Made by a program: the position numbers and the translations under genes
Source of the DNA: a virus
Lineage: Duplodnaviria > Caudoviricetes
DNA: 59,174 nucleotides
IMG/VR virus record: IMGVR_UViG_3300029787_000038
Span: 1 to 59,174 of that record
Strand: one strand, 5' to 3'
Notes under the pieces: model-generated
What the model saw: only the letters and a program-made list of their open reading frames with translations
What the model was told of the DNA's origin: nothing
Database searches by the model: none
In this document: positions 17,790 through 27,588 of the stretch, piece after piece
Layout of the letters: every line of letters begins with the position of its first letter
Position numbering within the stretch: position 1 is the first letter of the stretch

Positions 17790-17990
17790 ATGTGGATGCC
17801 TATACTTTTGGTATGTTCTAGTGTTTATGCCGAAAGTTGTATAGTGGTTACAAGAAATTGGGAATTTCATAAGCAGTTTGAGATTTGTCTTGGTGTCGCT
17901 AAGATGCAAGCAGAAAAACTTTTTGAACATCCCCAGATTTATCACATCAAACCTTTGTGTCAGGAGATAATTTTAAGTGAACCCACTTGA
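17790..17990 (+). CDS. Small Cys-containing hypothetical protein
   Basis: ORF track. Confidence 0.55.
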   Translation: MWMPILLVCSSVYAESCIVVTRNWEFHKQFEICLGVAKMQAEKLFEHPQIYHIKPLCQEIILSEPT

Positions 17991-18053
17991 TTATTTTATA
18001 TTTTTCTACATAATCCCATATATAAATGCAATTTTATAGGATTTTTTTTAGAA

Positions 18054-18251
18054 ATGAGTGATATTTTTGTTGCAGAAGCTGTATTAAGGCTTATAAATGA
18101 CCATAGACGGACTGTTCAGGACGTTTTACAGTATAACAATGTAAAAAATATGGAACATTACCGCGAACTCATGGGCAATTTGGATGCCCTTAACTATGTT
18201 GAACAGGAACTCAAGAGCCTGCTAAATAAACAGGAGCAAAATGATGAATAA
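18054..18251 (+). CDS. Hypothetical protein upstream of GroES
   Basis: ORF track. Confidence 0.7.
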   Translation: MSDIFVAEAVLRLINDHRRTVQDVLQYNNVKNMEHYRELMGNLDALNYVEQELKSLLNKQEQNDE

Positions 18252-18690
18252 AAGTGCTACAATAAAAGCATCAGCCACGCCAAAAGCTGTTGCGAACCTT
18301 TCAAATGCTTATCAAGAAGAGAAATATCTTAATCCAGAAGCCTTAGAGGGCTCTTTGTTGGACAGAATGCCTAGTCCTACAGGTTGGAGACTGTTGATTT
18401 TGCCTTACAGGGGCAAGGGAAAGACAGAAGGTGGTATTCATCTACCAGATCAAGTTAGAGAACAGAACCAAGTGTCTACCCAAGTTGGGTATGTGCTTAA
18501 AATGGGTACACTTTGCTACCAAGACAAGGAGAAGTTTCCTTTTGGGGCTTGGTGTAAAGAAAATGACTGGGTAATGTTTGCCCGATACGCAGGTTCACGG
18601 TTTAACATTGACGGTGGTGAGGTCAGAATACTCAATGATGACGAAATTCTGGCTAAAATACAAAATCCAGACGATATTTTGCATTTTTAG
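18241..18690 (+). CDS. groES: Co-chaperonin GroES-like protein
   Basis: PTGWRLLI, KTEGGIHLP, DWVMFARYAG, RILNDDEILA. Confidence 0.85.
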   Translation: MMNKSATIKASATPKAVANLSNAYQEEKYLNPEALEGSLLDRMPSPTGWRLLILPYRGKGKTEGGIHLPDQVREQNQVSTQVGYVLKMGTLCYQDKEKFPFGAWCKENDWVMFARYAGSRFNIDGGEVRILNDDEILAKIQNPDDILHF

Positions 18691-18699
18691 GAGGTATAA

Positions 18700-19569
18700 A
18701 TGGCAGAAGATAAACAAATAGAGCTTGAATTAGATGAATCAAAGGATGTTGAAGTCGAAGTCAAGTCTGATGAGAAAAAAGAAGCTACCACTGAGGTAGT
18801 AAATGAATCAACTGATGAGGATCAGTTCCAAAAAGCAGAATCAGCTACCCAAAAACGAATAAATTCTCTTACAAAGAAGATGAGAGAGGCTGAGAGAAGA
18901 GAACAAGAAGCATTAAACTATGCAAAAAATGTTCAAAGTGAATCAAACAACCTTAAAGCAAGATTAAACAATTTAGACACGAGTTATATTAACGAATACG
19001 ATAATCGTGTTAAAAGTCAGATGTCCCAAGCTGAAAAAGACCTTGCTAAAGCAATGGAAATAGGTGATTCGCAAGCAGCGGTTATTGCAAATAAGCAGAT
19101 TGCAGAGCTTGCAGTTCAAAATAGTCAATTAAATCAGGCAAAAGCGCAACAAGAGCGTCAAAAGGCTGTTAGTCAGCAACAAAATTACGTTCAACAGCCT
19201 GCCCCACAACCACAACAGGTCAGAAGACCTGATCCAAAGGCGGAACAGTGGGCAAGCAAAAATGACTGGTTTGGTCAGGATGAAGCTATGACTTTTGCTG
19301 CTTTTGGCATACATAAACGGCTTGTTGAAGAAGAAGGGTTTGACCCGCAGACCGATGAGTACTATACTGAATTAGATCGACGTATTGAAGACAAATTTAA
19401 TATGCCGAACAAAGACAATGGCAAAAGACCCGTCCAGACTGTTGCTAGTGTTTCAAGAAATTCTGGGCGCAATAGTGGGAAAAAGGTTAGACTCACCCCT
19501 AGCCAAGTTGCAATAGCAAAGAAATTGGGTGTGCCGCTAGAAGAATATGCGAAATACGTGAAGGAGTAA
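18700..19569 (+). CDS. Putative scaffolding protein
   Basis: Acidic N-terminus, coiled coil, C-terminal AKKLGVPLEEYAK; upstream of capsid. Confidence 0.65.
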   Translation: MAEDKQIELELDESKDVEVEVKSDEKKEATTEVVNESTDEDQFQKAESATQKRINSLTKKMREAERREQEALNYAKNVQSESNNLKARLNNLDTSYINEYDNRVKSQMSQAEKDLAKAMEIGDSQAAVIANKQIAELAVQNSQLNQAKAQQERQKAVSQQQNYVQQPAPQPQQVRRPDPKAEQWASKNDWFGQDEAMTFAAFGIHKRLVEEEGFDPQTDEYYTELDRRIEDKFNMPNKDNGKRPVQTVASVSRNSGRNSGKKVRLTPSQVAIAKKLGVPLEEYAKYVKE

Positions 19570-19573
19570 AATT

Positions 19574-20062
19574 ATGAGCATTGAAAATATAGATCAACCA
19601 ATTAAGAGAACTTCTCGCGCAAATGAAACTAGGGAGAAAAAGGCTAAACGCAAGCCTTGGGCTCCACCCTCCATGTTAGACGCTCCACCTGCACCCGACG
19701 GGTTTCAACACCGTTGGATAAGGGCAGAAACTCGCGGATTTGATGACACTAAGAATATTAGTGCCAAAATGCGTGAGGGTTGGGAATTAGTTCGCAAGGA
19801 CGAATTTCCTGATTTTGAAGCCCCAGTTATTGACACAGGTAAATATGAAGGAGTATTTGGTGTTGGGGGATTGATGCTTGCTCGCATTCCTGTAGAGACA
19901 GCCAAAGAAAGAAGTGATTACTTTTCTTCAAAGAGTCACGACCAGATGGAAGCTGTGGATTACGATATGATGCGAGAGAATGCACATTCAACCATGACGA
20001 TTTCTAAACCAGATCGTCAATCTCGTGTAACCTTCGGTGGTCCTCCAAAAAATAAAGGCTAG
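19574..20062 (+). CDS. Head-region hypothetical protein
   Basis: WAPPSMLDAPPAP, HRWIR; head operon position. Confidence 0.75.
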   Translation: MSIENIDQPIKRTSRANETREKKAKRKPWAPPSMLDAPPAPDGFQHRWIRAETRGFDDTKNISAKMREGWELVRKDEFPDFEAPVIDTGKYEGVFGVGGLMLARIPVETAKERSDYFSSKSHDQMEAVDYDMMRENAHSTMTISKPDRQSRVTFGGPPKNKG

Positions 20063-20090
20063 GACTACCCCAATATAGGAAGATAAATTA

Positions 20091-20741
20091 ATGGCAAATC
20101 AAGAAACAGCCTTCGGTCTTCGTCCTATTGGGCTTGTTGGTAATGCAGCCAATACTACTGGGGTAACTCAGTATGAGATTGCATCCGACAATACTAACGC
20201 TTTGTTCAATGGTGCTATTGTAGTGCCTACCGCAGCAGGGGTAATTGATCAAGCAGGTGCTACCAGTGGTGGTACAACTCAAGCGTTAGGTGTTCTCATG
20301 GGCGTGGAATACGTAGATAGTTCAACCAAAAAGGTAATTTTTAATAATTACTGGCCGGGTTCAAACAATGTGAGTGTGGATACAAACTTTCCTGTAAAAG
20401 CACTTGTAGCTGACAATCCGAATCAACTTTTTAAAGTTGCTTCAGATGCAACCCTTACAGATCGTGCAACTGCGTTAACAGCCGTTTTTGCTAACGCTTC
20501 ATTAGGCACCTCTGCTCGTACAGGTTCAACCAGTACAGGTAGAGCTAATGGCGCACTAAGTGTAAGTTCTATTGCAGTAACAGCCACATTACCGTTGAGG
20601 ATTGTAGGAATAATGGACGACGAAGCTAACAGTGATTTCACTGCAGCAGGTATACCGCTTATTGTTCGACTCAATGCTCACTTCAATGCACCAACAAGTA
20701 GGTTTGATTCGCAGACAACTGCGACATCAACCGGATTATAA
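20091..20741 (+). CDS. Putative capsid decoration/minor capsid protein
   Basis: MANQETAFGLRPIG; directly upstream of the major capsid gene. Confidence 0.65.
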   Translation: MANQETAFGLRPIGLVGNAANTTGVTQYEIASDNTNALFNGAIVVPTAAGVIDQAGATSGGTTQALGVLMGVEYVDSSTKKVIFNNYWPGSNNVSVDTNFPVKALVADNPNQLFKVASDATLTDRATALTAVFANASLGTSARTGSTSTGRANGALSVSSIAVTATLPLRIVGIMDDEANSDFTAAGIPLIVRLNAHFNAPTSRFDSQTTATSTGL

Positions 20742-20755
20742 GGAGGGATTAGACT

Positions 20756-21664
20756 ATGGCTATATCTCGCGCACAATTAGCGAAAGAGCTTGAACCCGGC
20801 CTTAATGCCTTGTTTGGGCTTGAGTATGATCGTTATGAAAACGAACACGCTGAAATCTTTGAAGAGGAGACATCAGACAGAGCTTTTGAAGAAGAAGTAA
20901 TGTTAGGTGGTTTCTCGACTGCACCTGTTAAGTCAGAGGGTGGATCAATTAGTTTTGACGATGCACAAGAAACCTACACAGCTAGGTATACGCATGAAAC
21001 TATTGCTTTAGCATTTTCTATAACTGAGGAGGCTATTGAAGATAATCTTTATGATAGACTAGCTTCACGTTATACAAAGGCTCTAGCACGTTCTATGGCT
21101 CAGACAAAGCAGATCAAAGCAGCAGCAATACTTAATAATGCTTTTACTGCAGGTTCAAGTGCAATAGGGGACGGAGTATCTCTTTGTTCTGCTTCTCACC
21201 CATCTTTATCAGGAACTCAAACCAATATCTTATCTGTAGCAGCGGATCTCAATGAGACTTCTCTTGAGCAGATGTTGATAGATATTGCAGGATTTACTGA
21301 TGAGAGAGGGCTTAAAATTGCAGTTAGAGGAACTAAGTTAATTATTCCTAAAGAATTGCAGTTTATTGCAGAAAGAGTAATGAACTCAAACCTCCGTTCA
21401 GGAACAGCGGATAACGACATTAACGCCAACAGAAGCATGGGTATGCTTCCTGAGGGTGCAGTCGTTAACCATTTCTTAACGGATACGGATGCCTTTTTTA
21501 TCAAAACTGACGCTCCAAACGGCTTTAAGATGTTCAATAGAGCAGCTATAAAGACAGCTATGGAAGGTGATTTTGATACAGGAAACATGAGATTTAAAGC
21601 TCGTGAAAGATATTCTTTCGGTGTTTCCGACTGGCGTTGTGTTTTCGGTACACCGGGAGCTTAA
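20756..21664 (+). CDS. Major capsid protein
   Basis: MAISRAQLAKELEPGLNALFG...KARERYSFGVSDWR; strong RBS; followed by a terminator. Confidence 0.9.
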   Translation: MAISRAQLAKELEPGLNALFGLEYDRYENEHAEIFEEETSDRAFEEEVMLGGFSTAPVKSEGGSISFDDAQETYTARYTHETIALAFSITEEAIEDNLYDRLASRYTKALARSMAQTKQIKAAAILNNAFTAGSSAIGDGVSLCSASHPSLSGTQTNILSVAADLNETSLEQMLIDIAGFTDERGLKIAVRGTKLIIPKELQFIAERVMNSNLRSGTADNDINANRSMGMLPEGAVVNHFLTDTDAFFIKTDAPNGFKMFNRAAIKTAMEGDFDTGNMRFKARERYSFGVSDWRCVFGTPGA

Positions 21665-21686
21665 CTCTAAATTAAATAAAATAATG

Positions 21687-21717
21687 AAAGGCGACACTTG
21701 TCGCCTTTTGTTTTTTC
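21687..21717 (+). terminator. Terminator after the capsid gene
   Basis: AAAGGCGACA-CT-TGTCGCCTTT plus T-run. Confidence 0.8.
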
Positions 21718-21789
21718 TTGTATAGTAGTCATATTAACTTCTGACAATCGCATGGTGCGATTGACATAGCCAAGACAGGAGATGATATT

Positions 21790-22506
21790 ATGGCTGTACA
21801 TTTTACCGGACCAATACTTTTCGCAGGAAAAGACGGTCAAAGAAAGTGGTTTGAAAACCTCCCAATAGACAAAAACCCTGATTATCTAGTTTACATGGAT
21901 GATTTTACAGGGGTCGCTTTAGACAATACAAACGACTGGACAGTTGTGAAAGATTCCAGTGCCTCTGCAGCCATTGCTGCTGATGTTGTAAACGGAGCGG
22001 TTACATTAAGCTCTCAAGCAACAACAGATAACGATGGTGCTTCTATCCAAGGTAATGAAATCTTCGCAGTATCTTCAGGAAGAGATATTTGGTTTGAAAC
22101 CAAACTTACCCCAACAGATGCTGAGGGGGATGCAATGGATATTTGTATAGGTTTAACTGTAAACTTTGCAACTAATCCAGAAGCTATGCTTACCGCAGCA
22201 GACCGTGTTGTTTTTCAAGTAGATGATGGTGATAGCAATATTGATTGTGTGACTGAAAAAGACGGCACTGCAACAACAACAGATTCTGGGGTTGATATTG
22301 CAAGTGGTACTGCAGTAACACTTGGTTTTCATATCAAAGGGACAGGAAGTGTAGAATTTTTTGTAAATAGAAACTTAGTAGCTACACATACTGCTAACAT
22401 TCCAGACGATGAAAACTTAGCTCTTGGAGCAATGGAACTTTCAGGTTCTGCAACAGGAACTAAATCAATGAACATTGATTATATGTTTGCTGCACAGAAC
22501 AGATAA
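21790..22506 (+). CDS. Putative structural beta-sandwich protein
   Basis: Beta-rich T/D/G composition; late operon. Confidence 0.65.
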   Translation: MAVHFTGPILFAGKDGQRKWFENLPIDKNPDYLVYMDDFTGVALDNTNDWTVVKDSSASAAIAADVVNGAVTLSSQATTDNDGASIQGNEIFAVSSGRDIWFETKLTPTDAEGDAMDICIGLTVNFATNPEAMLTAADRVVFQVDDGDSNIDCVTEKDGTATTTDSGVDIASGTAVTLGFHIKGTGSVEFFVNRNLVATHTANIPDDENLALGAMELSGSATGTKSMNIDYMFAAQNR

Positions 22507-22517
22507 TGGAGGATTAG

Positions 22518-22691
22518 ATGGCTGAAAGAAAAAGAGCCAGAACTAAAGCGGGAAAATTTATTCCTGATGATCCAAACACACCTGAAAACGAAGCTTGGGT
22601 CACTACTAAATCTAACTCCAAAAAAGCACTCCCCCCAAAGGGGAGTGCTGAATATAAAGCCATGCTTTTGCGTGGTGAGATAAAGGAGTAA
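22518..22691 (+). CDS. Small protein (57 aa), not in track
   Basis: GGAGG RBS; RARTKAGKFIPDDPNTPENEAW. Confidence 0.7.
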   Translation: MAERKRARTKAGKFIPDDPNTPENEAWVTTKSNSKKALPPKGSAEYKAMLLRGEIKE

Positions 22692-22694
22692 TCA

Positions 22695-23099
22695 ATGGCA
22701 GATGCAGTTACCTCACAGACAATAATTGATGGACCTAAAACAGTTGTAATGAAGTTTACCAATGTATCCGATGGATCTGGTGAATCTGCAGTTACAAAGG
22801 TTGATGTTAGTGCTTTAAACGCAAGTGCAGACGGAGATGCTTGTACAGGCGTTGTCATTGAAAAAATGTGGTGGCAATGTATTGGTATGAAAGTACAAAT
22901 ACTTTTTGACGCTGATACAGATGTTTTTTGCATAGAATTAGGTGAAAATCAAAGTGGTCATCACGATTATTCAAGCTTTGGTGGATTAACAAATAACGCA
23001 GGAACGGGAGTTACTGGAGACGTATTGTTTACTACTGTTGGTCACAGCAGTGCAGATACTTATACTGTAATCCTTTACTTGCGTAAAAAATATGGCTAG
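22695..23099 (+). CDS. Putative virion structural protein
   Basis: AAGGAG RBS; MADAVTSQTI. Confidence 0.7.
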   Translation: MADAVTSQTIIDGPKTVVMKFTNVSDGSGESAVTKVDVSALNASADGDACTGVVIEKMWWQCIGMKVQILFDADTDVFCIELGENQSGHHDYSSFGGLTNNAGTGVTGDVLFTTVGHSSADTYTVILYLRKKYG

Positions 23100-23120
23100 A
23101 ATTATTGAGTTTTTCTCCAA

Positions 23121-23150
23121 TTCCCACCCTTATCAAAAAAGGGTGGGAAG
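23121..23150. terminator. Stem-loop/terminator
   Basis: TTCCCACCCTT...AAGGGTGGGAA. Confidence 0.6.
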
Positions 23151-23199
23151 TATTTCTGTATTGTTATACTTATTTTTGTTTTATTTTTTGGAGGATTAA

Positions 23200-23487
23200 A
23201 TGGCTTCAAAAACAAAAGATAAGATGCCAAAAAGAAACAAACGTAATTTCCGCCCCACAAAAAAAGGAGCAGGAATGACGGAGGCAGGTGTTAAAGCCTA
23301 CCGCAGAAAAAATCCCGGTTCAAAACTTAAAACGGCTGTTACAAAGAAAAAAGGTTTAACTAAGTCTGAAAAAGCAAGAAGAAAGTCCTTTTGCGCTAGA
23401 TCAGCAGGTCAAATGAAAAAGTTTCCAAAGGCAGCAAAAAATCCAAACAGTAGATTAAGACAAGCTAGAAAGAGGTGGAGATGTTAA
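23200..23487 (+). CDS. Highly basic protein (DUF6321-like)
   Basis: RRKSFCARS...SRLRQARKRWRC. Confidence 0.75.
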   Translation: MASKTKDKMPKRNKRNFRPTKKGAGMTEAGVKAYRRKNPGSKLKTAVTKKKGLTKSEKARRKSFCARSAGQMKKFPKAAKNPNSRLRQARKRWRC

Positions 23488-23708
23488 TATCCAGAAGTAA
23501 AATGCCCAAAGGTTTAAGCTATTTTAGAAAAGGTGGTGAAGCTTCAAAAAAATCAAAAGGTAGTAAGATCTGTCCAGAGGGTAAGGCATGGGCGCAAAGA
23601 ACTTTTGATACTTATCCATCCGCCTACGCAAATTTAGCAGCCTCAAAATATTGTAAAGATCCAAACTATGCAAAAAAAGCCAAGGGTGGTAAGAGAAAAG
23701 GTAAATAA
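23481..23708 (+). CDS. Basic protein (YPSAYAN motif)
   Basis: FDTYPSAYANLAASKYCK; K-rich. Confidence 0.7.
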   Translation: MLISRSKMPKGLSYFRKGGEASKKSKGSKICPEGKAWAQRTFDTYPSAYANLAASKYCKDPNYAKKAKGGKRKGK

Positions 23709-23995
23709 TGTCAAATGATCCTAAAATAGGCACGGGTAGAAAACCCAAGAACACAGGGCGTAGATTATATACGGATGAAAACCCTAAAGACACCGTAAGT
23801 ATTAAGTATGCTACTGTAAAAGATGCAGAAGATACTGTAAAAAAAGTTAAGAATATAAAAAAACCTTTTGCTAGAAAGATACAAATTTTGACAGTTTTGG
23901 AACAAAGGGCTAAAGTAGCAGGTAAAAAACAACAAGCACTAATTGCAAAAAGGGCAAAAGAGTTCCTTAGAAATAAGGAGAATAGAGTTGGGTGA
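23708..23995 (+). CDS. Basic protein
   Basis: DPKIGTGRKP...RRLYTDENPKDTV. Confidence 0.7.
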   Translation: MSNDPKIGTGRKPKNTGRRLYTDENPKDTVSIKYATVKDAEDTVKKVKNIKKPFARKIQILTVLEQRAKVAGKKQQALIAKRAKEFLRNKENRVG

Positions 23996-24365
23996 GTTAA
24001 AAGATTGGTTAAAACAAGACTGGGTGAGGATAGGTACAGATGGCAAAATCAAAGGTAAATGCGGTACTTCAAAGGATAAAAAGAATCCTGACAGGTGTCT
24101 TCCAAGGGCTAAAGCTCAAAGTCTTTCGCAAAAAGAAAGAGCCTCTACCGCTCGTAAAAAAAAGACAGAAGGTAAAAAGGGGAAGACCGTCGTTAAAAAC
24201 ACCAAACAAGCGCAAGTAAAGTTTGCTGCATACGGTGGTGAAATAGAAGTTACAAAAGCAAAAAGACCCTACACAGGTAAAAAAAAGGACGGTGTGGTTG
24301 CTAGAGGATGCGGTGCCATACTAGCTGATAGAAGAAAGCATACGAAAGGGTCTGTAAGCACATGA
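23988..24365 (+). CDS. Basic protein (DUF5872-like), TTG start
   Basis: AAGGAG RBS before TTG 23988; LKDWLKQDW...RCLP. Confidence 0.7.
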   Translation: MGELKDWLKQDWVRIGTDGKIKGKCGTSKDKKNPDRCLPRAKAQSLSQKERASTARKKKTEGKKGKTVVKNTKQAQVKFAAYGGEIEVTKAKRPYTGKKKDGVVARGCGAILADRRKHTKGSVST

Positions 24366-24916
24366 GCAGTGAGTATCTTCAAGAAATTAAGGCTTGGTCC
24401 AAACACGCTCTTGAAAAACCTTTAGACTATTTTAATGGTCTTCCACCTTGCCCTTATGCTGAAAAAGCTTGGGAGGATAATCGTGTAGATTGTGTAATAA
24501 AAGACACAGACAATAAACAGGTTCTGTATACGACTGTTTCTCAGTTTCCTAATCATTTAGACATAATTTTAATAATTGATAAAAAATATGAGCTTGAAGC
24601 CAAAAAGTTTCACGAATATTTAGATTCAATGAATATAGCTATATCAGATGGTATGTTTATAGATAAAGATATTTGGGTAATGGGGTTTCATCCTGACGAT
24701 GAAGCTAGTGAGTATGTAGAGGATAATAATTTTAATGCTTTGATTGAAGATAAGTATGCGATTATCTTCGTTCAAAGATTAACAAAACTTTATGAATCTG
24801 CAGACAAACTTAAAAAAAGAGGTTATTATAAAAATTACAGCAAAGACTATAATATTAATGAAATTTTTAAATTAAGAGAAACTTTGTATAGGAGACTTAA
24901 AAATGGCAATGCATAA
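24362..24916 (+). CDS. DUF1415-like hypothetical protein
   Basis: LPPCPYA and MGFHPDD motifs. Confidence 0.6.
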   Translation: MSSEYLQEIKAWSKHALEKPLDYFNGLPPCPYAEKAWEDNRVDCVIKDTDNKQVLYTTVSQFPNHLDIILIIDKKYELEAKKFHEYLDSMNIAISDGMFIDKDIWVMGFHPDDEASEYVEDNNFNALIEDKYAIIFVQRLTKLYESADKLKKRGYYKNYSKDYNINEIFKLRETLYRRLKNGNA

Positions 24917-25064
24917 GAAAAAACCTGTAAAAAAAATGGGTGGTGGAATGATTAAAAAGAATGGTATGACTAAGGCCATGCGTGGCGGTGGCATGGTTAA
25001 GAAGATGCGTGGCGGTGGCATGGTTAAGAAGATGCGCGGTGGCGGCATGGTCAAGAAAAAATAA
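24903..25064 (+). CDS. Tiny K/M/G repeat protein (53 aa), not in track
   Basis: GGAG RBS; MRGGGMVKK x3. Confidence 0.75.
   Translation: MAMHKKKPVKKMGGGMIKKNGMTKAMRGGGMVKKMRGGGMVKKMRGGGMVKKK
24978..25058 (+). repeat. 3 x 27-bp coding tandem repeat
   Basis: ATGCG(T/C)GG(C/T)GG(T/C)GGCATGGT(T/C)AAGAA(G/A). Confidence 0.9.
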
Positions 25065-25079
25065 TCAGGAGTAAGTAAC

Positions 25080-25358
25080 ATGGCAGGATCCAGAGTTAAT
25101 ATCGGAAACGCAGGTTTCAAAAAAATGAAATCTAAAGGTGGCACCATAAAGATGAAATCCAAGGGCGGTATGATCAAAAAAAATAAGCCTATGATGATGT
25201 CTAAAGGTGGCATGATTAAGAAAAACAACAAACCTATGATGATGTCTAAGGGTGGCATGATTAAGAATAATAAGCCTAAAATGATGTCTAAGGGTGGTAC
25301 GGTTAAAAAAATGAAAATGATGTCCAAAGGTGGTACGGTTAAAAAAATTAAAAAATAG
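25080..25358 (+). CDS. K/M-rich repeat protein (MxSKGG x6)
   Basis: AGGAG RBS; repeats visible in translation. Confidence 0.8.
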   Translation: MAGSRVNIGNAGFKKMKSKGGTIKMKSKGGMIKKNKPMMMSKGGMIKKNNKPMMMSKGGMIKNNKPKMMSKGGTVKKMKMMSKGGTVKKIKK

Positions 25359-25367
25359 AAAGGATCT

Positions 25368-26051
25368 ATGGCTTATTTACAAAGTAATATTCCGCATTTT
25401 AAATGTTGGGTGCGTAGGGAATATACGCACAACCATGAAAAATATCATGGTGAATTTTTACACGCTATGGCAGTGGCCGTCACAACTATGCCATGCAGAT
25501 CTTTAAGCTTTCAAGTAATATTTACTGGACTTGAAGAAGGATCTGAGGAAAATGTGCATGGTGGAGCTATGTGGGCAAGAATGCCTATAACAGCCTTGGT
25601 AGGTGATTTTGACTTTGAAGGTTGGCCTGAACCCATGCCTACCTATCTAGCGCAACCTTGGGACTGTTCCTCACATCATCATGCAGTATACCAAATAAAC
25701 AGGGCGCAACCTTGTCCTTGGATTGCTAAAATTGGAAGTGATTTTTTTCCTGCTAAATATTTATTTACAGTAGACTATACAGAGAGTGAAATAGCGGATG
25801 ATCCTGCACAACACAAACAAAGCCATGTTTTACAGTTGTTGGATGCGGATGTTTATACAGGTAATGTAGTGGCCTTACCTAATAATAGAGTTAGGGTTAC
25901 ACATCCTGCTTGGTGGGTTACAGGAGAAGGTCCTCCCGATTTTAAACCCTCTCATCATATACACTATTCAAAATCAGATTTAGACTATACCCTAGACGTA
26001 AATAAAATTTTTGATAATATGTATGCAGAGCCAGAAGAAGAGGAAAAATAA
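25368..26051 (+). CDS. Phage hypothetical protein
   Basis: GGAMWARMPI, PWDC, ALPNNR motifs; function unknown. Confidence 0.75.
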   Translation: MAYLQSNIPHFKCWVRREYTHNHEKYHGEFLHAMAVAVTTMPCRSLSFQVIFTGLEEGSEENVHGGAMWARMPITALVGDFDFEGWPEPMPTYLAQPWDCSSHHHAVYQINRAQPCPWIAKIGSDFFPAKYLFTVDYTESEIADDPAQHKQSHVLQLLDADVYTGNVVALPNNRVRVTHPAWWVTGEGPPDFKPSHHIHYSKSDLDYTLDVNKIFDNMYAEPEEEEK

Positions 26052-26719
26052 TGGCGATATCTAACAGTACAGATTTTGAACTTGATGTAGTTGAGTATAT
26101 AGAAGAGGCATTTGAGCGTTGTGGACTTGAGGTTCGCACGGGTTATGATCTTAAAACGGCAAGACGCTCTCTTAATCTTATGTTAGCAGAATGGGCTAAC
26201 AGGGGTTTAAATCAATGGACAATTAAACAAAGAACCCTTTCTTTAGTCAAATCAGATGGGGAATATGATTTAGGTACAGATATCATAGATGTATTATCTG
26301 TTGTCGTTAGAAGGGATAACACCGATTTTTCTGTAGAAAGAATAAGCAGGGACACGTATCTGTCCATACCTAATAAAACTACAGAGGGTAGAACAAATCA
26401 ATTCTTTTTGGATAGGCAAATAACGCCAAACCTTAAAATATGGCCTGTACCAGAAAATAGCACCGATGTTATATACTATGATGCGTTGACTAGGGTGGAT
26501 GATGCAGACACTCAGGTAAATACCTTAGATGTTCCGTTTAGGTTTTACCCCTGTCTTGCTGCAGGGTTAGCTTATTATATTGCTATGAAAAAAGCACCTG
26601 AAAGAATACAATTACTTAAAGCAGCTTACGAAGAGGAATTTCAAAGAGCTATGACTGAGGATAGAGATAGAGCATCATTTAATGTTGTTCCTCAGTTTGA
26701 ATATTTTAGGACTACCTGA
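26051..26719 (+). CDS. Putative head-tail adaptor/connector
   Basis: IEEAFERCG...WPVP...CLAAGLAYY; start of tail module. Confidence 0.6.
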   Translation: MAISNSTDFELDVVEYIEEAFERCGLEVRTGYDLKTARRSLNLMLAEWANRGLNQWTIKQRTLSLVKSDGEYDLGTDIIDVLSVVVRRDNTDFSVERISRDTYLSIPNKTTEGRTNQFFLDRQITPNLKIWPVPENSTDVIYYDALTRVDDADTQVNTLDVPFRFYPCLAAGLAYYIAMKKAPERIQLLKAAYEEEFQRAMTEDRDRASFNVVPQFEYFRTT

Positions 26720-27588
26720 TGTCAAAATACGCTAGTGGTAAAAGAGCTTATGGAATATCGGATCGCTCAGGATTTAGGTATAGGTATAAAGATTTAAGAA
26801 AAGAATGGAACGGGGCTGTAGTAGGACCAGATGAGTTTGAAACAAAGCATCCACAATTATTTCCCAGAAGAAAAGTTTTTGATGCCCAAGCTTTACGGGA
26901 TGCAAGACCAGAAACTAATTTATCAGAAGAAAGATCCATTCAACATGGCTTTAATCCCGTTGGTTTTCGTTTTATTCAAGGGATTACACCACCAAACCGA
27001 CTTGCCCCAGAAGCAGGGGTTGGTAACGTAACAATAACAGTAACTGATTTTATTGGTAATACTGCTAATGTTAGCGGTGTTCAAGGAGCGTCCGCAGTTG
27101 GCACGGTTTCAATAACTGTTCCAAATGAAAATGAATCTGTTAATGTGTCTGGTTTTGTAGGCACAACCTCTGTGGGCTCAATTTCTACTTTACCTATTGA
27201 TGTCATAGGAGTAGCGGGCACCTCGGCAGTGGGTAGTGTTACAATTTCAGAATCTGTAACTACATACACTGTAACCGTAGCAAGCTATCTTGGTGCTAAT
27301 AAATATTACATAGATGGTGTAAGACAAGCCACAGTAACCCTTAGCGAAGGTAGTATTTACCGATTTGATCAATCCGATAGTTCAAATGGGGGTCATCCAT
27401 TAAGGTTTTCAACCACAAGTGACGGAACACACGGAGGCGGTTCAGAATATACAACAGGAGTTACAACTAATGGCACAGCGGGTAGTTCGGGAGCTTATAC
27501 ACAAATAACCGTTGCTAGTGGGGCTCCGACGTTGTATTACTATTGTACAAACCATAGTGGCATGGGAGGTCAAGCAAACACACCATGA
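26719..27588 (+). CDS. Structural protein with C-terminal cupredoxin-like module
   Basis: HPLRFS...YYYCTNHSGMG. Confidence 0.65.
   Translation: MSKYASGKRAYGISDRSGFRYRYKDLRKEWNGAVVGPDEFETKHPQLFPRRKVFDAQALRDARPETNLSEERSIQHGFNPVGFRFIQGITPPNRLAPEAGVGNVTITVTDFIGNTANVSGVQGASAVGTVSITVPNENESVNVSGFVGTTSVGSISTLPIDVIGVAGTSAVGSVTISESVTTYTVTVASYLGANKYYIDGVRQATVTLSEGSIYRFDQSDSSNGGHPLRFSTTSDGTHGGGSEYTTGVTTNGTAGSSGAYTQITVASGAPTLYYYCTNHSGMGGQANTP

Noticed and set aside
24872-25327. Minus-strand 151-aa ORF with PPLD repeats
   Set aside because: Antisense shadow of the K/M/G repeat genes, which have RBSs on the plus strand
24978-25358. CRISPR-like repeats
   Set aside because: In-frame coding tandem repeats with no unique spacers; no cas genes seen
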